This document shows, piece by piece, positions 55,188 through 64,000 of a DNA stretch of 64,000 nt (the stretch's first letter is position 1; every line of letters starts with the position of its first letter). Made by a program: the position numbers and the translations under genes. Origin of the DNA: a virus. The DNA lies in the IMG/VR virus record IMGVR_UViG_3300031548_000002, positions 1-64,000 of that record. One strand, given 5' to 3'. The notes under the pieces are model-generated. The model searched no databases. It saw only the letters and a program-made list of their open reading frames with translations, and was not told where the DNA came from.

Positions 55188-56102
55188 GTGGCAAGCACAC
55201 GGCTGATCGTCTCAGGACCCAACTTCGCGCTGCCGCCGTACAACTTGGCGTCCGTCGTCGACTGGCGAGACGGCGACGGACACTGGCGCGCGGGCGTCGA
55301 GTGGGAGACCGTCTGCGGCGATGCGGACAGCACGTACGACGAGTGCGTCATCATCGGCGCAACCAGCGGTGCGGTCACCGGTGTGCCGGTGCCGTTCCCT
55401 GAGCCGGGACCCAAGGCCGCCACGGCGACGCGCGAGAACTTCGGCGCCACGCCGTTCACGGTGTACGCCGAGGTGGACTGCTCCGCGGTCGGCTTCTACG
55501 ACGACTCGACGGCGTGGGCGCGCGACCGACTGGAGCGCACCGAGTTCAAGGAGCTGGAGAAGATCTTCTTCAGCGGCACGGTCGCCGGCGTCGTCGACGC
55601 ACAGTTTCCCCACCTCGCCGCAAGTGCCGAAGTGACCGACGTTGAGGCGAACGGCAACTCGGTCACACTCCAGCAGGCGGCCACGATCGTCACCGGCTCA
55701 GCGGTGTGCGTCGAGGTAGCCCTCGGCCTGCTGGAGTCCGCCTTCGCCGACTGCTACTCGGGCGCGGGAATCGTACACGTGCCCAACGAGCTGATCCCGA
55801 TCATGGACCAGGCGTACCTCCTGGAGCGCGACGATGACCGGCTGATCACCGGCAACGGCAACGTCGTCGTCGCGGGCACAGGCTACGCCGGGTCCTCGCC
55901 GGCCGGTGTGGTCGACCCCGCCGTGCGCTGGATCTACATGACCCCGCAGATCTTCGGCTACCGGTCGGAGATCCGCACCTTCGCGCCCGAAACAACGCTC
56001 GACCGCTCGGTGAACACGGTCAAGGCCATCGCCGAGCGCACGTACCTGCTGGGCTACGACTGCTGCCTGGTTGCGGTGCCCGTGTCCTTGACGTGCGGTT
56101 AG
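55188..56102 (+). CDS. second capsid protein (pentamer/minor capsid-like)
   Basis: follows MCP; HWRAGVEW, PFTVYA, NTVKAIAER. Confidence 0.65.
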   Translation: MASTRLIVSGPNFALPPYNLASVVDWRDGDGHWRAGVEWETVCGDADSTYDECVIIGATSGAVTGVPVPFPEPGPKAATATRENFGATPFTVYAEVDCSAVGFYDDSTAWARDRLERTEFKELEKIFFSGTVAGVVDAQFPHLAASAEVTDVEANGNSVTLQQAATIVTGSAVCVEVALGLLESAFADCYSGAGIVHVPNELIPIMDQAYLLERDDDRLITGNGNVVVAGTGYAGSSPAGVVDPAVRWIYMTPQIFGYRSEIRTFAPETTLDRSVNTVKAIAERTYLLGYDCCLVAVPVSLTCG

Positions 56103-56113
56103 TGAGGTAAGGA

Positions 56114-56785
56114 ATGGCTGCCACTTGCGTGACGCCGATCAAGGCATCGGTGATCCGCTTCATCAAGCTTGACGCGTGTGGTGTGCCGGTGTCCGGTGCA
56201 TCGTCCGCGGTCGCGGTGTTCAACGGGTTCATCTCCGTGGGTGTGACGCCGGACTACGAGGAGGGCGAGGAGTTCATTCTCAAGCGCGCGGACGGCTCAC
56301 TCTGCGTCAACGAGAAGGACCCCAACGAGCTCAAGCGCGCCGGTCTCGAGGTCGAGGTCTGCACACTCGATCCGGACGTCCAGGTCATCGCGTCCGGTGA
56401 GCGCCTGCTGACCACCGGCACTCCCGCCACGGGCACCGGCGTCGCGTACGGCGAGGGCCAGCTGCTGGCACGCTACTCCATGGAGCTGTGGCAGCCGATC
56501 GCGGGCGCCAACGCGTGCACCCCGGGCGGCCTGCAGCAGTACGTCTACTGGCTGTTCGGCAACGTCGGCAACACGATGATCCAGGACTTCACCTTCGAGA
56601 ACGGAACGTTCACGTTCACCTTCTCGTCGGAGACGAAGGCCTGGTACACTCTCTGGCCCGACCTCATCGGCGCGCTGACGACGGGTCTCGGCGACAACGT
56701 TCTCGAGGCGAGCGAGCACTTCCTCTGGAACATCACAACGACTCCGCCGCCGACCGCCAGCTGCGGCGCCGTCCTACTCGCGTAA
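56114..56785 (+). CDS. major tail (tube) protein
   Basis: RFIKLDACG, YEEGEE...ADGSLC; position. Confidence 0.75.
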   Translation: MAATCVTPIKASVIRFIKLDACGVPVSGASSAVAVFNGFISVGVTPDYEEGEEFILKRADGSLCVNEKDPNELKRAGLEVEVCTLDPDVQVIASGERLLTTGTPATGTGVAYGEGQLLARYSMELWQPIAGANACTPGGLQQYVYWLFGNVGNTMIQDFTFENGTFTFTFSSETKAWYTLWPDLIGALTTGLGDNVLEASEHFLWNITTTPPPTASCGAVLLA

Positions 56786-56797
56786 GGAGGTCGGATC

Positions 56798-57241
56798 TTG
56801 GCCAGCATCGTCTTCAACATCTCCAAGGGACGCTTCATCCAGTACGCGTCGCTACCCGCGGCGAACGACGCGATCATCATCGTGCCTCTGGAGTCCGCTG
56901 GCCTCGAGGCCGACTCGGTGCTCATCGACTACGACACGCTCGCCGCGCTGCTCGCCGCGTCCAACAACGAGCAGACGACCATGGGTCGGAAGACCGCGGC
57001 GGGCATCGTCATCACAGTGGACGACACCGCGAACACCGCGAGCTTCGACATGACGGACCCCGTCTGGGCGGCGGCGACCGGCAACCAGACGGGCGCCGTG
57101 CTGGTGTGCTACGATCCCGACACCACCGGCGGCACCGACGCCGACATCATTCCGCTCACCAAGCACGACTTCGTAATCACGCCCAACGGCGGCGACATCA
57201 CGGGTCAGGTCGCGGCGACCGGAGTCGGACGCGCCTCCTAA
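56798..57241 (+). CDS. putative virion structural protein
   Basis: AAGGAGG RBS and TTG start; beta-rich, TPNGGDIT. Confidence 0.6.
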   Translation: MASIVFNISKGRFIQYASLPAANDAIIIVPLESAGLEADSVLIDYDTLAALLAASNNEQTTMGRKTAAGIVITVDDTANTASFDMTDPVWAAATGNQTGAVLVCYDPDTTGGTDADIIPLTKHDFVITPNGGDITGQVAATGVGRAS

Positions 57242-57256
57242 GCGAGGGGAGGACGC

Positions 57257-58945
57257 GTGGTTGAGAGCATCTTCACGTCGCAGACGCCTGCGACGCCCGA
57301 CGCCAACGACGGCGCGTCGACGCTCGGAACGGTGTTCACCGCGGCAGTGAACGGCACGATCGACGGGTGCCGCTGGTTCGCGCCCAGCGTCGTGCCCAGT
57401 GGCACCGTGCAGGCGCTGCTCTACCAGTGGACGAATGACGCCACGGGTACGCTGCTCGCGCAAATCAACTTCGGCGCGATCACGCCCGGCACGTGGAACA
57501 CCGTCAACTACGCGGCGCCGGTTGCGATCACCGCGGGCCAGCGGTACGTCACGTGCATCTTCACGAACGATCACTACTGCTTCACGAACTTCGTCTTCAC
57601 CAGCTCGCCGATCGTCAACGGTAACCTCACCGCGGTCCAGGACAACCCCGGCGGCAACCCTCACAACGGTAAGTTCATCCAGAACGCCACGCCGGCGTAC
57701 CCCACGCAGGAGTTCCGCCAGTCGAACTACTTCGTGGACGTTCTCTTCACCGCGGCTGCGGCGCCGTCGGGACAGACCGGCGTCATCGCGACGTCGGAAG
57801 AGACGGACGTCGCGTTTCCGTTCAGCATCGCGCTGGGCCTGGGCACCGCCGAAGAGACTGATGAGGCGTTTCCGATCACGGTGCTGATCGGTCCGGTCAC
57901 GGTCGCGATCACCGGCGCGTCCGAGGTGGACGAGGCGTTTGCGATCACCCCGATCGCCGGTGACGCTACAATACCGCTAGAAACCGCCGAAGAGGTTGAC
58001 GAGGCGTTTTCGATCACAGCTCTTGGCGATCAAGTCGTCGCGATCAGCACCGCGGAGGAGACGGACGCAGCCTTCACGATCTCACCGAGGAGCGCGGGTG
58101 TGGCCACGACGTTCAACTCCACCGGACCGTGCTCGCCACTGGACGACTGGCAGCCGATCTGGTGCGAGGAGCTGAGTCCGGAGGCGCAGGCCGTGACCGG
58201 CGACGCGGTCGAGATGGCCGCGGACATCCTGTGGATCGCGACCGGCCAGCGGTTCGGACTCTGCACAACGACCATCCGGCCCTGCCGTGAGGACTGCTCG
58301 TCGGACTGGTTCGGCGTTGAGAACCAGTGGTGGCCCGGAGTCGGCGGGATGTACCGCAGCTTCGGCGGAGGCGGACCACGACCGTGGTGGTACAACGGCG
58401 TGTGGTACAACGTCTGTGGCGGTTGCGCGGGCTCGTGCTCGTGCACGGTGCTGGACTCGGCGAACCTGCCCGCGCCGACGCGCGAGGTCGTCGAGGTGAA
58501 GCTCGACGGCGCCGTGCTGGACCCGTCGAAGTACCGCGTCGACGAGAACCGCAAGCTCGTTCGGACCGACGGACTTCTCTGGCCGATGTGCCAGGACATG
58601 GCCGCGGACGACGACCAGCCGGGCACGTGGTCCGTTACGATCACCGTCGGCGAGGACGTCCCGAAGCTCGCGCGGCGCGCGGTGGGCCAGCTGGCCGCGG
58701 AGTTTGCGAAGGACTGTGCGGGCGAGGCTTGTCAGCTGCCGTATGAGATCACCTCGCTGTCGCGTCAGGGCATCAACATGTCGTTCGGCTCGCCCGATGA
58801 GGTCGATGCGATCACAGGCCAGCTCAACTTGCGCTGGGTAAACCTCTTCATCAACACGTACAACCCGTCCGGACTGCGTCACCGCGCCAAGACGTACGAC
58901 GTCGATCGCAACCCGCGACCGTGGCGAAGGGTGGACACGAGCTGA
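57257..58945 (+). CDS. head-to-tail adaptor fused to an N-terminal DUF4082-like domain via five acidic repeats
   Basis: LGTVF...NYFVDV domain; E[TV]DxAF repeats; adaptor-like TGQRFGLC..TIRPC, WPMCQD, RQGI. Confidence 0.7.
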   Translation: MVESIFTSQTPATPDANDGASTLGTVFTAAVNGTIDGCRWFAPSVVPSGTVQALLYQWTNDATGTLLAQINFGAITPGTWNTVNYAAPVAITAGQRYVTCIFTNDHYCFTNFVFTSSPIVNGNLTAVQDNPGGNPHNGKFIQNATPAYPTQEFRQSNYFVDVLFTAAAAPSGQTGVIATSEETDVAFPFSIALGLGTAEETDEAFPITVLIGPVTVAITGASEVDEAFAITPIAGDATIPLETAEEVDEAFSITALGDQVVAISTAEETDAAFTISPRSAGVATTFNSTGPCSPLDDWQPIWCEELSPEAQAVTGDAVEMAADILWIATGQRFGLCTTTIRPCREDCSSDWFGVENQWWPGVGGMYRSFGGGGPRPWWYNGVWYNVCGGCAGSCSCTVLDSANLPAPTREVVEVKLDGAVLDPSKYRVDENRKLVRTDGLLWPMCQDMAADDDQPGTWSVTITVGEDVPKLARRAVGQLAAEFAKDCAGEACQLPYEITSLSRQGINMSFGSPDEVDAITGQLNLRWVNLFINTYNPSGLRHRAKTYDVDRNPRPWRRVDTS

Positions 58946-59472
58946 TGCCGAGTCAGTACACCCCGCTAGGCCACTACGTCAACGTCACCGGCATCGCGGA
59001 GTGCATCACCGAGCGGCTGGCCGCGACAACCGGCGGCCTGCCCGACCGCGTCTGCATCTACCCGGGCGACGTCGCGTGGGATGAGTGTGAGTGTGGCCTG
59101 CTAGCGCTGACCACGTCGCGGATCTTCGGCTCCGAGACGTTTCCCAACGAGGGGCTGGCGGGCGTCAGCATCTCGCAGTGCGGCCTGCCATACCTCGTCG
59201 CGAACGTCGACATCACGATGCTGCGCTGCGTTCCATCCGTCCAGGCGGGCAAGCGCGCGCCGTCGTGCGCGGCGCTGGGCGATGCGACGCAGATCATGTA
59301 CGAGGATGCATTCGCCGTCTGGCAGGGAACGCTGTGCTGCCTACTGGAGATGCGTAAGCTCGGCATGGTGGCGGAGTACAACCTCGCCGCACAGACGTTC
59401 GTCGGGCCGCAGGGCCAGTGCGCGGGCTCGACGATGTCCATCCAGCTGGGCTACATCGGCCCCTGCTGCTAG
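58945..59472 (+). CDS. tail completion/terminator-like protein
   Basis: TGATG coupling; WDECECG, GPQGQC; position. Confidence 0.6.
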   Translation: MPSQYTPLGHYVNVTGIAECITERLAATTGGLPDRVCIYPGDVAWDECECGLLALTTSRIFGSETFPNEGLAGVSISQCGLPYLVANVDITMLRCVPSVQAGKRAPSCAALGDATQIMYEDAFAVWQGTLCCLLEMRKLGMVAEYNLAAQTFVGPQGQCAGSTMSIQLGYIGPCC

Positions 59473-59481
59473 GAGGTCACG

Positions 59482-59889
59482 ATGGCGCAGGTGAACCTGC
59501 AGATCAACCAGAACGCCGTGCGCGCGCTGCTGCTCGACCCCAACAGCGGTGTGGCGCGCGACCTGCTACGTCGCGGCAACAACGTCGCCACGTTGGCGAA
59601 GAAGTACGCCCCGGTGAACACCGGTCGCTTGCGAGCGAGCATCGAGGCGAAGCTCGTACGCTACGGCGACAACGTGGCGGTGATCGTCGGCACGAACGTC
59701 GAGTACGCGATGTACCAGCACGAGGGCACCGGTATCTACGGGCCGCAGGGTCAGCCCATTCGCCCGCGGAACGCCAAGTTCCTGCGGTTCAAGCCGAAGG
59801 GCTCCGGCGCGTATGTGTTCGCGCGCGAGGTGCGCGGCTCGATGCCGACGTTCTTCCTGAAGCGCGCGCTGGTCGCCGCGGCGGAGTAG
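59482..59889 (+). CDS. HK97 gp10-like neck protein
   Basis: APVNTGRLRASI...TNVEYA...HEGT. Confidence 0.8.
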   Translation: MAQVNLQINQNAVRALLLDPNSGVARDLLRRGNNVATLAKKYAPVNTGRLRASIEAKLVRYGDNVAVIVGTNVEYAMYQHEGTGIYGPQGQPIRPRNAKFLRFKPKGSGAYVFAREVRGSMPTFFLKRALVAAAE

Positions 59890-59952
59890 CCTCTGGACGC
59901 GCACGAAGTGGAGACTAGTACGCTAGAACCGGTCACCACACTGGGAGGTTAG

Positions 59953-60360
59953 ATGACCACCGACGTGCGCTTCAAAGACTTCAGCACCCCGAACCAGCCG
60001 GTCAGCTTCCAGGTCGACGGCGACCTCTTCGAGGCTCCCGCGGTGCTGCCGGTTCCCGTCATGCAGGAGCTGGTCGTCACCGCCGACAAGCTCAAGAACA
60101 TCGGCGAGGACGCATCCGTCTTCACCGCGATGATCGAGATCTTCGATGTGATCCTCGTCGACGCGTCCGCGGCGCGCTTTCGCGAGCGCGTGAACAGCAA
60201 GACGGAGCCGATCGGCATGCAGCAGATCGTCGACATCATGCTGTGGCTGCTGGAGGCGTATGGGCTCCGCCCTACTCAGCCGTCATCGGACTCTTTGACT
60301 GGTGCGCTCGCAGAGATGTCTGGCACGCCTTCAGTGGCTGGTGCGCCGAGCGCCGGGTAG
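59953..60360 (+). CDS. tail assembly chaperone
   Basis: upstream of tape measure; YGLRPTQPSS. Confidence 0.75.
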   Translation: MTTDVRFKDFSTPNQPVSFQVDGDLFEAPAVLPVPVMQELVVTADKLKNIGEDASVFTAMIEIFDVILVDASAARFRERVNSKTEPIGMQQIVDIMLWLLEAYGLRPTQPSSDSLTGALAEMSGTPSVAGAPSAG

Positions 60361-60602
60361 ATCCGCTGCAGCTGCGACCGAGCGCCTTTCTCGACCTCGT
60401 ACAGCACTACCTATACAGCGTGTATGAGATCGAGGAGAAGAAGCGCGTGCAGCTTCAGCGCGAGCTCGTGGGCGTTCCACGGCTGCTGCTACCGGAGGCT
60501 GAAGCGGACTCGGTTCCGAAGTGGGCACCGGCGTGGTGGGGCGGCGATGAGGACGCCACCGCGTCGAACTTCGCCGCAATGGCGGCGTTGAAGCGAGGCT
60601 AG
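60243..60602 (+). CDS. tail assembly chaperone frameshift extension (-1 frame)
   Basis: overlapping -1 ORF without a clear RBS, ending just before the tape measure. Confidence 0.6.
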   Translation: MAAGGVWAPPYSAVIGLFDWCARRDVWHAFSGWCAERRVDPLQLRPSAFLDLVQHYLYSVYEIEEKKRVQLQRELVGVPRLLLPEAEADSVPKWAPAWWGGDEDATASNFAAMAALKRG

Positions 60603-60611
60603 GAGGACGGC

Positions 60612-63600
60612 GTGACCTCACCGACCGGACCAATCGTCGCCACCGCGTCGGTCGCGATCACGCCGTCCACGGCCGCGTTCAACGCGCAACTGCGAGCGGG
60701 ACTTCAGAACGCGCAGCAGGCCGTCAGCGACGCCGCCGACGCGATGGGCGACGCGATCGCGCGGGAGATCACGCGCGGCGTCGCGGAGGCGCGCATCGCG
60801 CTGGCCGCGCTGACGGCGGGACTCAACGAGCGACTGAACGTCACGATCACCAACACCGAGCGCGTGGGCGGCGCGCTACTCGACGTCGGTAAGAAGGCGA
60901 CCACGGCGGGCGTCGCGATCGGCGCCCTGGGAGCGGCGGCGGGAAGCGCGGCGTTCACGCTGGGCGCGCTCTTGGGCACCGCGAGTGAGCTCTCCGGAAT
61001 CCTCGTGGGCCTGCCCGCGCTCATCGGCTCGGCGGCGCTGGTCATGGGCACGCTGAAGCTCGCGACCCAGGGCGTCGGCGAGGCGATGGGCGCGGCGCTG
61101 TCCGGCGACACGGAGGCGTTCGCCGCCGCACTGGAGGAACTCTCACCCGCGGCGCGCGAGCTCGCCTTCGACGTGCAGGCGCTCAGCGGACGCTTCGACA
61201 CGCTGAAGGAGCGGGTCCAGGAGAACTTCTTCGCTCCCCTGGTCGGACCCTTTGAGGCGTTCTCCAAGCAGGCAGCGGGTGTGGCGGAGAAGGGACTGCC
61301 ACGGATCTCCACCGAGCTCGGCAAGATCTCGAGTGAGTTCTTGAAGGTCGCGAACAGCGGTGCATTCTTCGGCGGGCTGCAGGCACTCATCGACCAGACG
61401 GTCAGCGGCCTGCAGCGGTGGCGGGGCGTCACCGGCCAGGTCGCGGACGCCATCGGCAACCTCTTTCGCGTGGGCTCGCAGTTCGCCGGCGACATGATCG
61501 GCGGCATCGGCGGCGTCGTGGAGCAGTTCGCGGCGTGGATCAACACGGCGTCGCAAACGGGCGAGCTGCAGGCGCGACTCCAGAGCGCGCTGGACGCGTT
61601 CGCGCAGCTGGGCCGGATCATCGGAAACGTCGGCGACATCTTCGGCGCCTTCTGGTTCGCGGCGCAGGAGGCGGGCGCAAGCTTCCTCGGCGTCCTGGAG
61701 AACCTCACCTCGAAGTTCGCCGCGTTCCTCAACTCGGATGCGGGCATTGAGAGTCTCACCGCGCTGATGAACGCGGGCGCCACCGCGGCGTCGATCCTAG
61801 GTGATGCGGTCGCCGGGCTGCTGCCGGTCGTGGGTCAGCTCGTGATGACGTTCAGCCAGGCGCTGGTCGGCGCGCTGCAGGCCGTGAAGCCGGGTCTCGA
61901 CGCTCTGATCGAGGGGATAGCTCTCTTCGCGCAGGAAGCATCGGGTGGAGTCAGCAACGCGATCGGAGTGATCGCGGACGTCCTAGGACGATTGCTTACG
62001 GCGGTGGCACCGTTGTTGCCCGCCATCGGCCAGCTGGTGGGTCTGCTGGCGGAGCACTTCGCCGCGGTGCTCGAGGCCGTCGCGCCGCTTCTGGTCGCGT
62101 TCCTCGACGCACTTCAGCCAATGATCCCGATCATCAGCGACCTGGTGTCGCAGGTGCTCACGGCGTTCGTCGGCGCGCTCACCGCGATCTTCACCGCGAT
62201 CGAGCCGCTCATTCCCACGCTGATCCAGCTGGCGACGAAGGTGCTCACGCTGGTCGCAGAGCACTTCATTCACATCTTCGAGGCCGTTGAGCCACTGATC
62301 CCGATCATCGTGGACCTCGCGGAGCAGGGCTTCGCGATCTTGGCGGACGTCCTGCCGGTCATCATGGACGTCCTCGAGCCGCTGCTGCCGATCATCGCTG
62401 ACTTGGCGCGCGAGATCGGCGGCGCACTGGCGCCGGTGCTGCCCGCGATCGCCGAGGCGTTCCGTGAGATCTTCCAGCAGCTGCGCCCGGTGCTGCCGCA
62501 GCTGGCCGAGCTGGCCGGCGACATCCTTGTGACGCTGGCGCAGCTGTTCACCGCGCTGGTGCGCGCGGTCGCGCCGCTGCTGCCGCCGCTGATCCAGATC
62601 GGCACCGAGATCCTCGCGGTGCTCATGCCCGCGTTCAATGACCTGCTGCAGGCGATCATTCCGATCTTGCCGGTGCTCTCGGACCTCGCGGTGCGCGTGC
62701 TGCGCGAGGCGCTGTTGCCGATCATTCAGGCGCTGCTGCCGATCATTCCGATCTTGGTGGACGCGTTCATTCAGCTGCTGCCGTCGGTCGTGGCCCTCGC
62801 GCCACCCATCGCCGAGATCGCGATCGCGCTGACTCCGATCATCGTGCTAGCTGCCCAGCTGGCGACCGTGCTCATTCAGGTGGTCGCGCCCGCGATTGTG
62901 GTTATCATGACCGTCGTCAATGAGCTGCGCAACACAGCTCTCATACTGCTCGCGGCGGCCATCGAGGCCCTGGTCGTTGTGGTGCAAATCGCGTGGGAGA
63001 CGATCGTCAGCGTGATCCAGATCGCGTGGCTCGTCATTAAGGGCGTCTTTGACACCATCATCTCCGTGCTGCAGGGCGACTTCGGCGAGGCGTGGCGTCG
63101 GCTCCAGCGGCTGGTGGACGAGGTCTGGACCAAGATCAAAGAGCTCGTCACCAACGCGGTCAGCAGTGTGGTGACGTACGTCACCGAGTGGGGCCCGAAG
63201 CTCTACACGGCGGGCAAGGACTCCGCGCAGCGCGTGTGGGATGCGTTCAGTGAGATGTTCGGCGGGTTGTTTAAGAGCTTCGGCGGTTGGATCGTCGACA
63301 TCGTCAAGTGGATGGGCGCCATCAAGGGCGCCATCGGACTGTTCTTCATGGACGCCGCTAAGTGGCTCTACAACTTCGGCAAGGACGTCATTCAGGGCTT
63401 CATCAACGGCCTGATCGACAAGGCCCAAGAGCTGTACGATAAGATGCAGGGCATCATCGACAAGGCTAAGGGCCTCTGGGAAGCGGGCACCGGCTGGCTC
63501 TTCGGCTCGCCGTCCAAGTGGATGCTGCAGCGCGGTAAGTGGGTTGTGGAGGGATTCGTTGAGGGGCTGGAGGACAGGGAGTCCCTCGCTGTGAGCGCGT

Positions 63601-63890
63601 CGCAGAGTCTCATCGATGCGACGAAACGCCCGTTTGAGACGTCGCTGACGGCCGGCGTGCCCAACCTATCGAGCATCCTGGGAACGGCCGCCGTCGCCGC
63701 ACCGGGAGCCACCGCGGGCGGTGCGGGAACCACCACGACCGTTACCTTCGCGCAGGGCGCCGTGGTGGTCAGCTTCGAGGGCGTCGTTCCCTCCGAGACG
63801 GAGGCGCTGGCCACCGGCCGCGCGGTCGGACGCGGAATCGCGGAGTCGCTCGCGCGCCGCGACACACAGCTTGCGGTAAGGGTGATGTGA
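60612..63890 (+). CDS. tape measure protein
   Basis: 1092 aa, Ala/Leu-rich, periodic Pro and Trp repeats, SPSK near the C-terminus. Confidence 0.92.
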   Translation: MTSPTGPIVATASVAITPSTAAFNAQLRAGLQNAQQAVSDAADAMGDAIAREITRGVAEARIALAALTAGLNERLNVTITNTERVGGALLDVGKKATTAGVAIGALGAAAGSAAFTLGALLGTASELSGILVGLPALIGSAALVMGTLKLATQGVGEAMGAALSGDTEAFAAALEELSPAARELAFDVQALSGRFDTLKERVQENFFAPLVGPFEAFSKQAAGVAEKGLPRISTELGKISSEFLKVANSGAFFGGLQALIDQTVSGLQRWRGVTGQVADAIGNLFRVGSQFAGDMIGGIGGVVEQFAAWINTASQTGELQARLQSALDAFAQLGRIIGNVGDIFGAFWFAAQEAGASFLGVLENLTSKFAAFLNSDAGIESLTALMNAGATAASILGDAVAGLLPVVGQLVMTFSQALVGALQAVKPGLDALIEGIALFAQEASGGVSNAIGVIADVLGRLLTAVAPLLPAIGQLVGLLAEHFAAVLEAVAPLLVAFLDALQPMIPIISDLVSQVLTAFVGALTAIFTAIEPLIPTLIQLATKVLTLVAEHFIHIFEAVEPLIPIIVDLAEQGFAILADVLPVIMDVLEPLLPIIADLAREIGGALAPVLPAIAEAFREIFQQLRPVLPQLAELAGDILVTLAQLFTALVRAVAPLLPPLIQIGTEILAVLMPAFNDLLQAIIPILPVLSDLAVRVLREALLPIIQALLPIIPILVDAFIQLLPSVVALAPPIAEIAIALTPIIVLAAQLATVLIQVVAPAIVVIMTVVNELRNTALILLAAAIEALVVVVQIAWETIVSVIQIAWLVIKGVFDTIISVLQGDFGEAWRRLQRLVDEVWTKIKELVTNAVSSVVTYVTEWGPKLYTAGKDSAQRVWDAFSEMFGGLFKSFGGWIVDIVKWMGAIKGAIGLFFMDAAKWLYNFGKDVIQGFINGLIDKAQELYDKMQGIIDKAKGLWEAGTGWLFGSPSKWMLQRGKWVVEGFVEGLEDRESLAVSASQSLIDATKRPFETSLTAGVPNLSSILGTAAVAAPGATAGGAGTTTTVTFAQGAVVVSFEGVVPSETEALATGRAVGRGIAESLARRDTQLAVRVM

Positions 63891-64000
63891 TGGCGGACTA
63901 CAACTACCACCGGCCGGACATCGTCGGGCAAGAGTGGGTTCCGATCCTCGATGCGGCGTACCAGCCGGACATCACGCAGGAGCGCGGTTACGCCTTCACG
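63890..64000 (+). CDS. minor tail protein (truncated by window end)
   Basis: TGATG coupling after the tape measure; MADYNYHRPDIVGQEW. Confidence 0.6.
   Translation, partial: MADYNYHRPDIVGQEWVPILDAAYQPDITQERGYAFT

Overview
High-GC tailed-phage (siphovirus-like) DNA, most likely from an actinobacterial host. No integrase, CRISPR array or host genes are visible. (1) 316-4720: leftward small genes and a tRNA/tRNA-like cluster, including two Leu-anticodon tRNAs without the long variable arm and two aberrant tRNA-like RNAs. (2) 4974-8130: Prim-Pol/SF3 primase-helicase followed by an AT-rich, iteron-like candidate origin. (3) About 8-42 kb: dozens of short genes, many behind a conserved sigma70-like promoter and a GACACGA leader motif. 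This stretch also holds a candidate TerS, the TerL, a BRO antirepressor, two nucleotide-sugar enzymes, two methyltransferases and a vWA protein. (4) 42-64 kb: head-tail module (portal, MuF, protease, capsid proteins, tail tube, chaperones, tape measure). The standout is a cassette between portal and capsid with three paralogous R-S-ExE ADP-ribosyltransferases (ARTs) and a 2H-phosphoesterase/prohead-protease fusion. All three ART proteins carry a shared [FY]DESKxKR..G[RK]FA tag, and L-x-A-A putative cleavage sites recur across the head proteins. Every gene directly downstream of an ART begins with a related L[TV]DP peptide. I infer a daisy-chained, virion-delivered toxin/inhibitor system. All family assignments come from motif recognition by eye, not database searches.
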